The notes under the pieces are model-generated. The model searched no databases. It was not told where the DNA came from and saw only the letters and a list, made by a program, of their open reading frames with translations. A program made the position numbers and the translations under genes. A stretch of DNA of 48,629 bases from Flavobacteriaceae bacterium (GTDB lineage Bacteria > Bacteroidota > Bacteroidia > Flavobacteriales > Flavobacteriaceae), in assembly GCA_018675855.1 (NCBI GenBank), contig JABGXI010000049.1, forward strand, positions 1 through 48,629. The letters are read 5' to 3'. The stretch's first letter is position 1. Every line of letters starts with the position of its first letter. This document shows positions 28,309 to 37,492 of this stretch, piece by piece.

Positions 28309-31089
28309 ATGAAGAATATTTTGGACTATAATCCAAAAACCCATATTATCATTAAAGGAGCACATTTACATAATTTAAAAAATGTTGACATTGCTATTCC
28401 TAGAAATAAATTGACTGTAATAACAGGCTTATCCGGATCTGGTAAGTCGTCTTTAGCATTTGATACACTTTATGCAGAGGGACAGCGACGTTATGTTGAA
28501 AGTCTTTCTTCTTACGCTCGACAATTTATGGGTCGCCTCAATAAACCTAAAGTTGATTTTATTAAGGGACTCTCACCCGCAATTGCAGTTGAGCAAAAAG
28601 TAAATACCTCAAATCCACGATCCACAGTGGGTACAAAAACTGAGATTTATGACTATTTAAAGCTATTATTCGCAAGAATTGGAAAAACTTATTCTCCCAT
28701 ATCAAACAAAGAGGTTAAAAAAGATAACGTAACCGACATAATTAATTTACTTAAAAGCACCAAAGAAGGAGACAGGTTATTACTTTTAGCACCAATAATA
28801 GATGAGCCCAACAGAACATTAGCGGAAAAATTAAAAATATTTATTCAACAAGGTTTTGCACGTATTTATTACAAAGAAAAAGTCTTTACTATTGATTCAT
28901 TAAAACAATTACCTAAAAAAAGCTTTGATTTGGTGATTGATCGATTAATTATTCGCCATGAAGAAGATTTTTACAACCGTGTTTCAGATGCTATTGAAAT
29001 AGCATTTTATGAGGGTAAAGGTTATTGCTCTCTTTTAAATTTATTAGATAAAAAACGTCATAACTTTTCGAATAAGTTTGAAATGGATGATCTTATATTT
29101 TCAGAACCAAACGTTCATTTATTTAGCTTTAATAATCCCTTAGGCGCTTGTTCTGCATGTGAGGGATTTGGAGATATTATTGGGATTGATCCTGAATTAG
29201 TAATATCAGATACTTCTTTGTCTATTTATGATGATGCAATTGTTCCTTGGCGCGGAACTGGTATGCGAAAATTCCATAATAACTTAATTAATAATGCGTA
29301 TCGTTTTGAATTTCCAATCCACAAACCCTATTTTGAACTTTCAAAAAAACAAATAGAAGTATTATGGAAGGGTAACTCTTATTTTACAGGGATAACTCCC
29401 TTTTTTAAGAAAATTGAAGCTAAAAATTATAAGATTCAAAACCGTGTTTTACTTTCCCGCTATAGAGGAAAAACAAAATGTTTTCAGTGTGGAGGATCAC
29501 GTTTAAAAGATCAAGCGACCTACGTTAAAATTTGTGATAAAAGCTTACCAGACTTGTTAGAAATTTCTATTGATGAATTAGCCTTGTTTTTTGATTCGTT
29601 AACCCTTAAAAAGCAAGATCATGAAATTTCAAAACGTCTTCTTAAAGAAATAAAAAGTAGGCTTCAATTTGTGAAAGAAGTTGGCTTAGGTTACTTAACG
29701 CTTAACAGGAGATCAAATACACTCTCTGGGGGGGAATCACAGCGAATTCAATTGGCAACTTCGCTTGGAAGTAGTCTTGTTGGTTCAATGTATATTTTAG
29801 ATGAACCATCTATTGGACTTCATCCTAGAGATAATGAAAAACTAATTACAGTATTGAAAACACTTCGAGATCTAGGGAATAGTGTCATTGTTGTTGAACA
29901 TGACGAAGAAATTATGAATTCTGCAGATCAAGTAATTGACATCGGTCCTGAGGCTGGAACACTGGGAGGGAAAATAATTGCACAAGGTTCCTTTGATATT
30001 ATTCTAAAAAGCAATGGTCTTACTGCTGATTATCTTAATGGTAAAAGAAAAATTGAAGTTCCTGTAAATAGAAGAACCTCTAATGCAAAAATTGAAATTA
30101 TTGGTGCTAGGGAAAATAATTTAAAAAATATTAATATTGAAATACCATTGGGATGTCTTACTGTAATTAGTGGTGTTTCTGGAAGTGGAAAAACAAGTTT
30201 GGTTAAAAAAATACTCTATCCTGCTCTCTTACGACATTTTGACATTTATTCAGAAAAACCAGGTGCTTATAATGATTTAAAGGGAGATTTAAGCACTCTT
30301 AAAGGTGTTGAGTTTGTTGATCAAAATCCTATTGGCAGATCTTCACGCTCCAATCCTGTTACGTACGTAAAAGCCTTTGATGATATTAGAGCTCTATATG
30401 CTGGATTAAGTTTATCTAAAAACAGAAATTATCAGCCTAAACATTTTTCATTTAATGTAGATGGAGGTCGATGTGATAACTGTAAAGGAGAAGGAACTAT
30501 TACCATTGAAATGCAGTTTATGGCTGATGTGGTATTGGAATGCGAACACTGTAATGGAAGGCGTTTTAAAAATGAAATTCAAGAAGTTAAGTTTAAAGAT
30601 GTATCTATTAACGAACTTCTTGAAATGACAGTAGATGATGCAATATCTTTCTTTAAAAACCATGAATCCAAAAAAATAATTCAAAAACTACAACCTCTTC
30701 AAGATGTTGGTCTAGGGTATGTTACTCTTGGGCAATCCTCTGCTACTTTATCTGGCGGTGAAGCACAACGAATTAAACTTGCTACTTTTATTAGCCAAGG
30801 AACAAGTAAAGAAAAGGTGCTTTTTATATTTGATGAACCCACTACTGGACTTCATTTTCATGACATCCAAAAACTTTTAATTTCTTTTAATTCCCTAATT
30901 AACAAAGGGCATACTATAGTGGTTGTAGAACATAATTTGGATCTTATTAAATGCGCAGATCACTTGATAGATTTAGGCCCTGAAGCAGGTAATGCAGGGG
31001 GGTACCTTGTGGGTCAAGGGACTCCCGAGGAAATTTCAAAAATTAAAAAATCACATACCGGTCACTACCTTTGCAATAAATTAAAATAA
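28309..31089 (+). CDS. uvrA: excinuclease ABC subunit A
   Basis: Two ABC ATPase modules (GLSGSGKSSLAFDTLYAEGQRRY; GVSGSGKTSL; LSGGESQRIQLA; LSGGEAQRIKLA) and zinc-finger Cys pairs. ATG 28309 (28297 is a TTG). Confidence 0.9.
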   Translation: MKNILDYNPKTHIIIKGAHLHNLKNVDIAIPRNKLTVITGLSGSGKSSLAFDTLYAEGQRRYVESLSSYARQFMGRLNKPKVDFIKGLSPAIAVEQKVNTSNPRSTVGTKTEIYDYLKLLFARIGKTYSPISNKEVKKDNVTDIINLLKSTKEGDRLLLLAPIIDEPNRTLAEKLKIFIQQGFARIYYKEKVFTIDSLKQLPKKSFDLVIDRLIIRHEEDFYNRVSDAIEIAFYEGKGYCSLLNLLDKKRHNFSNKFEMDDLIFSEPNVHLFSFNNPLGACSACEGFGDIIGIDPELVISDTSLSIYDDAIVPWRGTGMRKFHNNLINNAYRFEFPIHKPYFELSKKQIEVLWKGNSYFTGITPFFKKIEAKNYKIQNRVLLSRYRGKTKCFQCGGSRLKDQATYVKICDKSLPDLLEISIDELALFFDSLTLKKQDHEISKRLLKEIKSRLQFVKEVGLGYLTLNRRSNTLSGGESQRIQLATSLGSSLVGSMYILDEPSIGLHPRDNEKLITVLKTLRDLGNSVIVVEHDEEIMNSADQVIDIGPEAGTLGGKIIAQGSFDIILKSNGLTADYLNGKRKIEVPVNRRTSNAKIEIIGARENNLKNINIEIPLGCLTVISGVSGSGKTSLVKKILYPALLRHFDIYSEKPGAYNDLKGDLSTLKGVEFVDQNPIGRSSRSNPVTYVKAFDDIRALYAGLSLSKNRNYQPKHFSFNVDGGRCDNCKGEGTITIEMQFMADVVLECEHCNGRRFKNEIQEVKFKDVSINELLEMTVDDAISFFKNHESKKIIQKLQPLQDVGLGYVTLGQSSATLSGGEAQRIKLATFISQGTSKEKVLFIFDEPTTGLHFHDIQKLLISFNSLINKGHTIVVVEHNLDLIKCADHLIDLGPEAGNAGGYLVGQGTPEEISKIKKSHTGHYLCNKLK

Positions 31090-32544
31090 TCGTGATTTCA
31101 CTTTAGTGAAAATTTCTTCAATGTCACTTGACCATTTAAACTTGAATAAAGGAACTATAAAAAGTCCCAAAATAAATAAGCTCCTTGTGACTATTGAAAT
31201 TATGGGGTTGATAAACGAAGGTATATTGAATATTATTAAATAAATAAATATTAAACTCATCATTATACCTAAAGATTTTTTAGAATATGGATGAATCTTA
31301 AATAAAATAGCTACCAAAACTATTTTACATGAATTTATAAATAGAATAACCATAAGAGTCGCGACTGCAGCTCCAATAATTCCATAGGATTCAATAAAGG
31401 TATAGTTTAAAACAATAGCTAAAAAGGCTGAGATAATGGAAAACCAAAACACGTAAGTATAATACTTGGAATTACTGATTATATTGTTTAGACATCCCAT
31501 AGACATACTAAAAAACTTACCCATTGAAACAATAATAACAACACTTGCTGCTGAAGAATAACCTTCTTGATTAATAATCAAATAGAAATCATTTAAATTT
31601 AAGTTGATAATTAAAAATACGAAGCCACTAACTATCATAAGATTTGTACTACTTTTTTTTAATAATACTTCCAGTCTTTTAGTATCATTTTCATTTAATG
31701 CTTTAGCGACAAGAGGACTTGTGATCTGAAACATTGCCCTTCCTGGGGCTTCAATAACTGTTGCAATGTATAAAGCAACTGCATAAAAAGCTACATTTTC
31801 ATTTGAAGTTAGAGTATAAATCATTGATTTGTCAATGTCTAAAATGAAACTTGCTGCAGCTCCAGAAAGAAAAATTAAACTACTATACCTTAACATAGAA
31901 AGCCATGCCTGTGGAAGTTTAAATTCAAATTTTGGGGTGTAAATATAAAAGCTATATAAGGCCACAATTAAGAGGCGGAGGTAATAACCAATAATTAAAA
32001 ACAAAATAAATTTGTCTATACCTATTAGCTCAAAAGCAAAAGAAATTAGTAGAATGAATGTTAAAAAACGAGGATATACTTCTTTTAAAAAATTACCAAA
32101 TATAGATTGAAGATGAACCCTCAACCAACTGAAAAAGATTTCGAAATAAGCCGTTGAAATTGCTATAGCAAGAATTAACACTGGAAATCCCAATACGGTT
32201 TTATTGCTATTTGTTAAAAAATTTAAAATTTGAATATTAAAATAATAATACAAAGGAATTATTGCGGAAAGAATAACTAATGGCAACAATAAAGAGAACC
32301 ATAATAATCTATCACGTTGTTTTTGAGTTTTAGAATCACTAAAGTATTTTATTAAAGTGTGTTGAACTCCAAAAGAGACAAAGGGTTGAATTAGGTTTGA
32401 ATTTGCTAAAAGAGCTACAATAAGTCCTTGAAACTCTTTTCCAAGAAATGTAGGATATAAAAACAACATATTGAATGCACCAATAATAAAAGCTAGTGCA
32501 ATACTTAAAACATTATATATAGACTGCTTAGCAATTATACCCAT
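31081..32544 (-). CDS. MOP-superfamily polysaccharide/oligosaccharide flippase (Wzx-like)
   Basis: 487 aa, about 12-14 TM segments, typical polysaccharide-biosynthesis-protein topology. Lies 2 nt downstream of the YfhO gene. Its 3' end overlaps uvrA by 9 nt. Confidence 0.7.
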   Translation of the reverse strand: MGIIAKQSIYNVLSIALAFIIGAFNMLFLYPTFLGKEFQGLIVALLANSNLIQPFVSFGVQHTLIKYFSDSKTQKQRDRLLWFSLLLPLVILSAIIPLYYYFNIQILNFLTNSNKTVLGFPVLILAIAISTAYFEIFFSWLRVHLQSIFGNFLKEVYPRFLTFILLISFAFELIGIDKFILFLIIGYYLRLLIVALYSFYIYTPKFEFKLPQAWLSMLRYSSLIFLSGAAASFILDIDKSMIYTLTSNENVAFYAVALYIATVIEAPGRAMFQITSPLVAKALNENDTKRLEVLLKKSSTNLMIVSGFVFLIINLNLNDFYLIINQEGYSSAASVVIIVSMGKFFSMSMGCLNNIISNSKYYTYVFWFSIISAFLAIVLNYTFIESYGIIGAAVATLMVILFINSCKIVLVAILFKIHPYSKKSLGIMMSLIFIYLIIFNIPSFINPIISIVTRSLFILGLFIVPLFKFKWSSDIEEIFTKVKSRLF

Positions 32545-32546
32545 AC

Positions 32547-34985
32547 CTATAATATTTTTCTCTTACGGAATTGAAAATACCCAAGTGTTAAAATACTCAA
32601 TAAAAACAGAAAGACTGTTATCCATCGAATAGTAGTTCCTTTTGCTATAATGAGAGGAGTAAACTCAAATTCTATTTCAGATACTCCTGGAGGTACAGAA
32701 ATTCCACGTAAAACATAATTTAAATTGTAGATGGGCGTTTCTTTTCCATTTACCTTTGCTGTCCAACCTTCAGGGTAATACATTTCTGAAAAAACAATAA
32801 ACTGTGAAAAAGAACTGGTTGCCCTATAATTTATTTTATTAGATGTAATCTTATTGAGGTCTAGAGTAGCTAAAGAATCTAATTTATATTCTTTGGCAAC
32901 ATCAATACCTAAACTTCCCTTTATAAAAAGGGCTTCTCTTTTAAGATCTGTTATTTTTAATCGATTAAGCAATGCATCGGCAGTAGGTATTTCAATTAAT
33001 GTTTGAACGGTCCATGCAGGTCCGAAAAAATTAGGATTTTTTAATGGTTCTAAGATTCCGGTTTCTTGATTTGGAAACAGAATATATTTAATATTTAACA
33101 TATCCAATACCCCAGAAATTTGATGAGTATTATAATAATTATATAACTCTTCAAAACGACGAGGCTTGGCACCATGGTATCCACCAATTGTATTATGAAA
33201 ATAAGCTGTTCTAGCTCCATTTAATCGAAGTTGTGGCTCGTACACACGATAATGGGTTGTGTCTTGGAGAATGGCTTTATCTGCCTTAGTTTGCCTAAAG
33301 GAATTCTGAGTATTTTTTTTTGAAACAAATCCATCATAATCAATATAGCGACTTGATATTCCCAATAAGTCAAAAAGTAAAATTCCTAAAACAATAATAA
33401 GTGCAACGGGTTTTTTTACTTTATTAGTATTTATAGCAATAACAAGGCACATAAGAACGAGGCAATAGAGAATTCCTCTTACTAAATCTTGATTGAAAAT
33501 AGATTTTCTCGCACTCACAATTTGATTAACTAAATCTACTCCATAAATTTCTTCAAAATAACCATCATTTAATCCTAGAAAAGAAAATGAAGATTTAAAA
33601 AACAAGAGTAAAGTTAAAATTCCAATGGGAAGAAGTCCCACTTTTAAAAGTCGTTTAACATTTACTGAATCGGCTTTGCTAAAGATCCAATACAAACCCA
33701 TAGATGCAAGAATGGGCATACAAAGTTCCAAAACTACTTGAATGGAAGAAACTGCTCTAAATTTATTATAAAAAGGAAAGTAATCGATAAATAATTGCGT
33801 AAGGATATTAAAATTCTTACCCCAAGAGAGCAAAAGAGAGAATAAAACACCAATGGCTAAAGCATTTTTGAGTGGTCCATTAACAAAAAATAAGGCAAAT
33901 AGGGCAAAAAACAAAACAGTTATTCCAACATAGGCTGGTGCTTCTAAAATTGGCTGAGATCCCCAATAGGTTGGAACGTTCTCAGAAAATTGAATTGCTT
34001 GGTCTTGCCCTACTCCTCTTGCTCTTAAAAAATCATAAACTCCATGATCTTTTCCTAAATTTTCACTAGACCCCCCCCCCTGAATTCTTGGAATAAAAAG
34101 ATTTAAGCTTTCAAAAATCCCATAACTATATTCAGTAATGTAATCGTATTCTAATCCACTACTTTGCTCTTTTGGAATTCCATCAGGCTGAAGCTTCAAT
34201 TCACTTCTGCCACGGGTACTGAATTTGGAATATTCTGCAGTAGCTAACAGTGGAGTTGCATTAAACCCTAAAGATAAAATACCAGATAAAATTAATAATG
34301 AAAGAGCCATAAGAATAGAAGAACCTTTTTTTTCCTTCCAAGCACTAATTCCATATGATATAATAAAGATTCCAAGTAATAACAATAAATAATAGGTCAT
34401 TTGGTAATGATTAGCCCTGATCTGCATACCTAAGGCTAGGGTTGTAAGAATAAAGCCAGTGAAATATTTTTTTTGAAACAACAGTATTAGTCCCGCAATT
34501 ACAAAAGAAAAAAAACTCACTGCCAAAGCTTTTGTATTATGTCCAACCTGAAGAATAATTAAAAGATAGGTGGAAAAACCAAAAGCTAAAGCACCGAAAA
34601 ATGAAATTCGATAAGGTATTCTTGCGACTAACAACAATAAATAAGCACCCATAAAATACAAAAAGAGTATGTGTGCTGGCCGAGGTAAAATCCGAACAAA
34701 AGAATAAATAGGACTTAAGAAATCTGCTGGATATTTAGCTCCTAATTGATAGGTAGGCATTCCTCCAAAGGCATTATTTATCCAATAGGTTTCTTCTCTT
34801 GTTTCTGTTCTGTGGTCATTTAGCTCGCGGGACATTCCCTCATATTGACGAATATCTGACTGAATTAGTATTTTCCCCTCTAGTAAGGGATAATAAAAAG
34901 CAAGTGATAAAAATCCAAAAACCAAAATAATGAGGCCATGGGGTAATAAAAAAGAACGAATCAAATCTTTAATCAATATCTTCAT
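32547..34985 (-). CDS. YfhO-family polytopic membrane protein (GT-C-like glycosyltransferase)
   Basis: About 812 aa. N-terminal multi-TM domain (...YYPLLEGKILIQSDIRQYEGMSRE...WINNAFGGMPTYQ...), large extracytoplasmic C-terminal domain and a terminal TM. ATG at 34985 (34991 is a TTG). Contains a G10 tract. Confidence 0.72.
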   Translation of the reverse strand: MKILIKDLIRSFLLPHGLIILVFGFLSLAFYYPLLEGKILIQSDIRQYEGMSRELNDHRTETREETYWINNAFGGMPTYQLGAKYPADFLSPIYSFVRILPRPAHILFLYFMGAYLLLLVARIPYRISFFGALAFGFSTYLLIILQVGHNTKALAVSFFSFVIAGLILLFQKKYFTGFILTTLALGMQIRANHYQMTYYLLLLLGIFIISYGISAWKEKKGSSILMALSLLILSGILSLGFNATPLLATAEYSKFSTRGRSELKLQPDGIPKEQSSGLEYDYITEYSYGIFESLNLFIPRIQGGGSSENLGKDHGVYDFLRARGVGQDQAIQFSENVPTYWGSQPILEAPAYVGITVLFFALFALFFVNGPLKNALAIGVLFSLLLSWGKNFNILTQLFIDYFPFYNKFRAVSSIQVVLELCMPILASMGLYWIFSKADSVNVKRLLKVGLLPIGILTLLLFFKSSFSFLGLNDGYFEEIYGVDLVNQIVSARKSIFNQDLVRGILYCLVLMCLVIAINTNKVKKPVALIIVLGILLFDLLGISSRYIDYDGFVSKKNTQNSFRQTKADKAILQDTTHYRVYEPQLRLNGARTAYFHNTIGGYHGAKPRRFEELYNYYNTHQISGVLDMLNIKYILFPNQETGILEPLKNPNFFGPAWTVQTLIEIPTADALLNRLKITDLKREALFIKGSLGIDVAKEYKLDSLATLDLNKITSNKINYRATSSFSQFIVFSEMYYPEGWTAKVNGKETPIYNLNYVLRGISVPPGVSEIEFEFTPLIIAKGTTIRWITVFLFLLSILTLGYFQFRKRKIL
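34071..34080 (-). repeat. G10 (forward C10) homopolymeric tract inside the YfhO-family CDS
   Basis: Read directly: ...cactaga cccccccccc tgaattc... It encodes CAG GGG GGG GGG (QGGG). It is the longest G/C run in the window. Confidence 0.95.
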
Positions 34986-35184
34986 AATCAATATATTCTC
35001 CTATAGAGTTCGAAGAAGGCTTAGCTTTTTTCGGTTCATTAGGAGTTTCTTTAGTAGAATGATTTTTCTTTTTAGATTTTTGAATAAGATTACTTATTAA
35101 AAGTTTAAAAAGAAAGGGGGATATCAATCGTAATAGATAGATACCTCCAAAAAAAAATAAAAGAAATTTAAAAAGTATACCCAA
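34969..35184 (-). CDS. DUF4834-like small membrane protein
   Basis: 71 aa. N-terminal TM, Lys-rich linker, acidic tail GEYIDYEDID reminiscent of DUF4834. TTG start. Overlaps the YfhO start. Confidence 0.45.
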   Translation of the reverse strand: MGILFKFLLFFFGGIYLLRLISPFLFKLLISNLIQKSKKKNHSTKETPNEPKKAKPSSNSIGEYIDYEDID

Positions 35185-35299
35185 TGAATTGTGTTTAATT
35201 TACAAAAGTAATTAATTCGCGTTGAACCAAAGGGAATTTATCAGGCATTAACAGAATCAAACTTATCAAGATAATACTTTCTTACCCTATATTTGCATT

Positions 35300-36343
35300 A
35301 TGATTCGCAGCATTTTCAGTGTAATTATTTTAGCCACTTGTTTTTTCGCAAAAGGACAATATACCGACCAGATAAATTCTAATAGACCTGGCCGATCAAT
35401 TGGTGCTTTTGCAGTGGGAAAAAGTGTAGTACAAGCCGAAGCTGGCTTTGCAATTAAACGTTATTCCCATTCAGGATATAATAATTCAACTTTTAATGGT
35501 GGTATTAGTTTTCTTTCTTTAAGATGGGGATTCCTTAAAGAAACTCTAGAGTTAACCTATCAGGGACAGTTTCTAAGCGGAAACCTGACCTCTAAAATTC
35601 CAACAGAACAAATTATTATTCCAAAATCAGGGTTTCTTCAAAATTTTATTGGTTTAAAATACCTCCTTTATGATCCGTTTAAAAGGGAACGAAAAGTAAA
35701 TCCCTATAGTTGGAAGTCAAATAATAATTTTAAGCTACGTGATTTGCTTCCTGCTGCTTCTCTTATTATTGGAAGTAATATTAGTTTTGAAAAAAACAAT
35801 CCCTTTCCCTTTAATAATATATTTGGAAACATCTATCGTCCTGTTTTCTTCCAAAATTTAAATGTAACTCAAGATAAAGAGCCTTTTGCTCACTTAAGAG
35901 CTACACTTGCGACTCAATCTCACTTTTTAGACACCTGGGTTTTTGTGACTAATTTCACCTATAATCGTTACCTTTCTAAATATCCTGAAAAAAGCTACAT
36001 CTTGACCTTGACCCATGCTTTGGATGAGCTCTGGTCTGTTTACCTTGAACATCATGGAATAAAAAGCGATTTATATAGTGATGGTTTGTTTAGACTTGGA
36101 GCAGCTTATTTATTTGGAAATAACATTCAATTTGAGGGAACTATTGGCTCGAATCTTAAAGACACACCTAATCAACTGTTATTAAATTTGGGGATATCCT
36201 ATCGCTTAGATTTCCATAAAGACTATCAAAGTTCTGCAGAATTAGAATTTAAAAAACTTAAAAAAGAAGAAAAACAGCTTAATAAAACTTTAAAGAAAAG
36301 CAGTAAAGTAGAGCGGAAAAGAAATCGCAAAGCCAAAAGTTAA
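35300..36343 (+). CDS. outer-membrane beta-barrel 'transporter' family protein (MetA-pathway/phenol-degradation-like) with Lys-rich C-terminal tail
   Basis: Signal peptide (…ATCFFAKGQ), NSNRPGRS...VVQAEAG start typical of this barrel family, alternating beta-strand pattern, last strand ...LNLGISYRLDF followed by about 45 charged residues. Confidence 0.6.
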   Translation: MIRSIFSVIILATCFFAKGQYTDQINSNRPGRSIGAFAVGKSVVQAEAGFAIKRYSHSGYNNSTFNGGISFLSLRWGFLKETLELTYQGQFLSGNLTSKIPTEQIIIPKSGFLQNFIGLKYLLYDPFKRERKVNPYSWKSNNNFKLRDLLPAASLIIGSNISFEKNNPFPFNNIFGNIYRPVFFQNLNVTQDKEPFAHLRATLATQSHFLDTWVFVTNFTYNRYLSKYPEKSYILTLTHALDELWSVYLEHHGIKSDLYSDGLFRLGAAYLFGNNIQFEGTIGSNLKDTPNQLLLNLGISYRLDFHKDYQSSAELEFKKLKKEEKQLNKTLKKSSKVERKRNRKAKS

Positions 36344-36347
36344 GTAT

Positions 36348-37481
36348 ATGGAGCAAGAAATTACCATAAAGCGCATTACTAAGAATAAAGATTATGTTGC
36401 TTTTGTAAAGTTTCCTTTCGAATTATATGATAATAATCCTTATTGGGTTCCGCCAATAATAAATGAGGAAGTCGAAACTATTGACCGCCAAATAAACCCT
36501 GTATATCAAAACTCATCAGCACGTTTTTTTCTCGCATTTAAAAAAGGGGTAATTGTAGGACGAATTGCAGCAATTATCAATTGGATTGAAATTAAAGAAA
36601 TAAAAAAAAATAAAGTGCGTTTTGGATGGTTTGATGTTGTAGATGATATAGCTGTTTCAAAATTACTTTTAGAACAAGTAGTATGCTTTGGAAAAGAAAA
36701 TAAACTAGACCATATAGAGGGACCCGTTGGGTTTTCTAACCTTGATAAAGCAGGTTTGTTAACTAAAGGATTTGAAGAGCCTAGCACAATGATTACTATT
36801 TATAATTATCCGTATTATGCAACTCATCTTAAAGAACTTGGGTTTTCATTACTTGCTCAATGGGTTGAGTATGAAATCAAAATTGCTAACTTTGAAGATT
36901 CACCTGAAAAAGTAAAACGCTTCTCCAGTGTCATAATGAAGCGATTTAATTTAAAGGTTCTGGATTTTAAAAATAAGAAAGAAATTATTCCTTATATAGA
37001 TCAGATGTTTAATCTGTTAGATGAAACCTATAACAAACTTCAAACATTTGTGCCTATTCAAAATTATCAAATTGAACATTATAAAAAACGTTATTTTAAA
37101 TATGTTCATAAAGACTTTGTAAAATGTGTTGTTGACAAAAACAATCGTCTTATTGCATTTACCATTACAATGCCGTCTTTCACTAGAGCTCTTCAAAGAA
37201 TTAATGGTAAAGTAACTTTATTTAATATTTATAATTTATTAAAAGCTATGTGGTTTAATAATCGTGCTTCATTTTATCTTATTGGTGTTCATCCTGATTA
37301 CCAAAATAAAGGAATTACAGCAATTATATTTAATGAAATACAGAAAACTTTTAATAAGCACAACATAACCATTGTTGAGACTAATCCTGAATTAAAAGAA
37401 AATACAGCCATTCAAAAATTATGGAAAAACTATGAAAACCGCCAGCACAAAAGACGTGCAACTTTCACTAAAAATATTTAA
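36348..37481 (+). CDS. GNAT-family N-acetyltransferase-like protein
   Basis: 377 aa. C-terminal acetyl-CoA motif-A-like GVHPDYQNKGITAIIFNEI. Conserved Bacteroidota-type N-terminus ...PFELYDNNPYWVPP... Confidence 0.55.
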   Translation: MEQEITIKRITKNKDYVAFVKFPFELYDNNPYWVPPIINEEVETIDRQINPVYQNSSARFFLAFKKGVIVGRIAAIINWIEIKEIKKNKVRFGWFDVVDDIAVSKLLLEQVVCFGKENKLDHIEGPVGFSNLDKAGLLTKGFEEPSTMITIYNYPYYATHLKELGFSLLAQWVEYEIKIANFEDSPEKVKRFSSVIMKRFNLKVLDFKNKKEIIPYIDQMFNLLDETYNKLQTFVPIQNYQIEHYKKRYFKYVHKDFVKCVVDKNNRLIAFTITMPSFTRALQRINGKVTLFNIYNLLKAMWFNNRASFYLIGVHPDYQNKGITAIIFNEIQKTFNKHNITIVETNPELKENTAIQKLWKNYENRQHKRRATFTKNI

Positions 37482-37492
37482 TAAATTTAATT

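Noticed and set aside
35288-35295. TATATTTG -7-like box upstream of the outer-membrane barrel gene
   Set aside because: It ends only 4 nt before the ATG, so the predicted transcription start would fall at or beyond the start codon. The N-terminal signal peptide argues that the ATG is correct. Probably fortuitous, or a leaderless case I cannot support.
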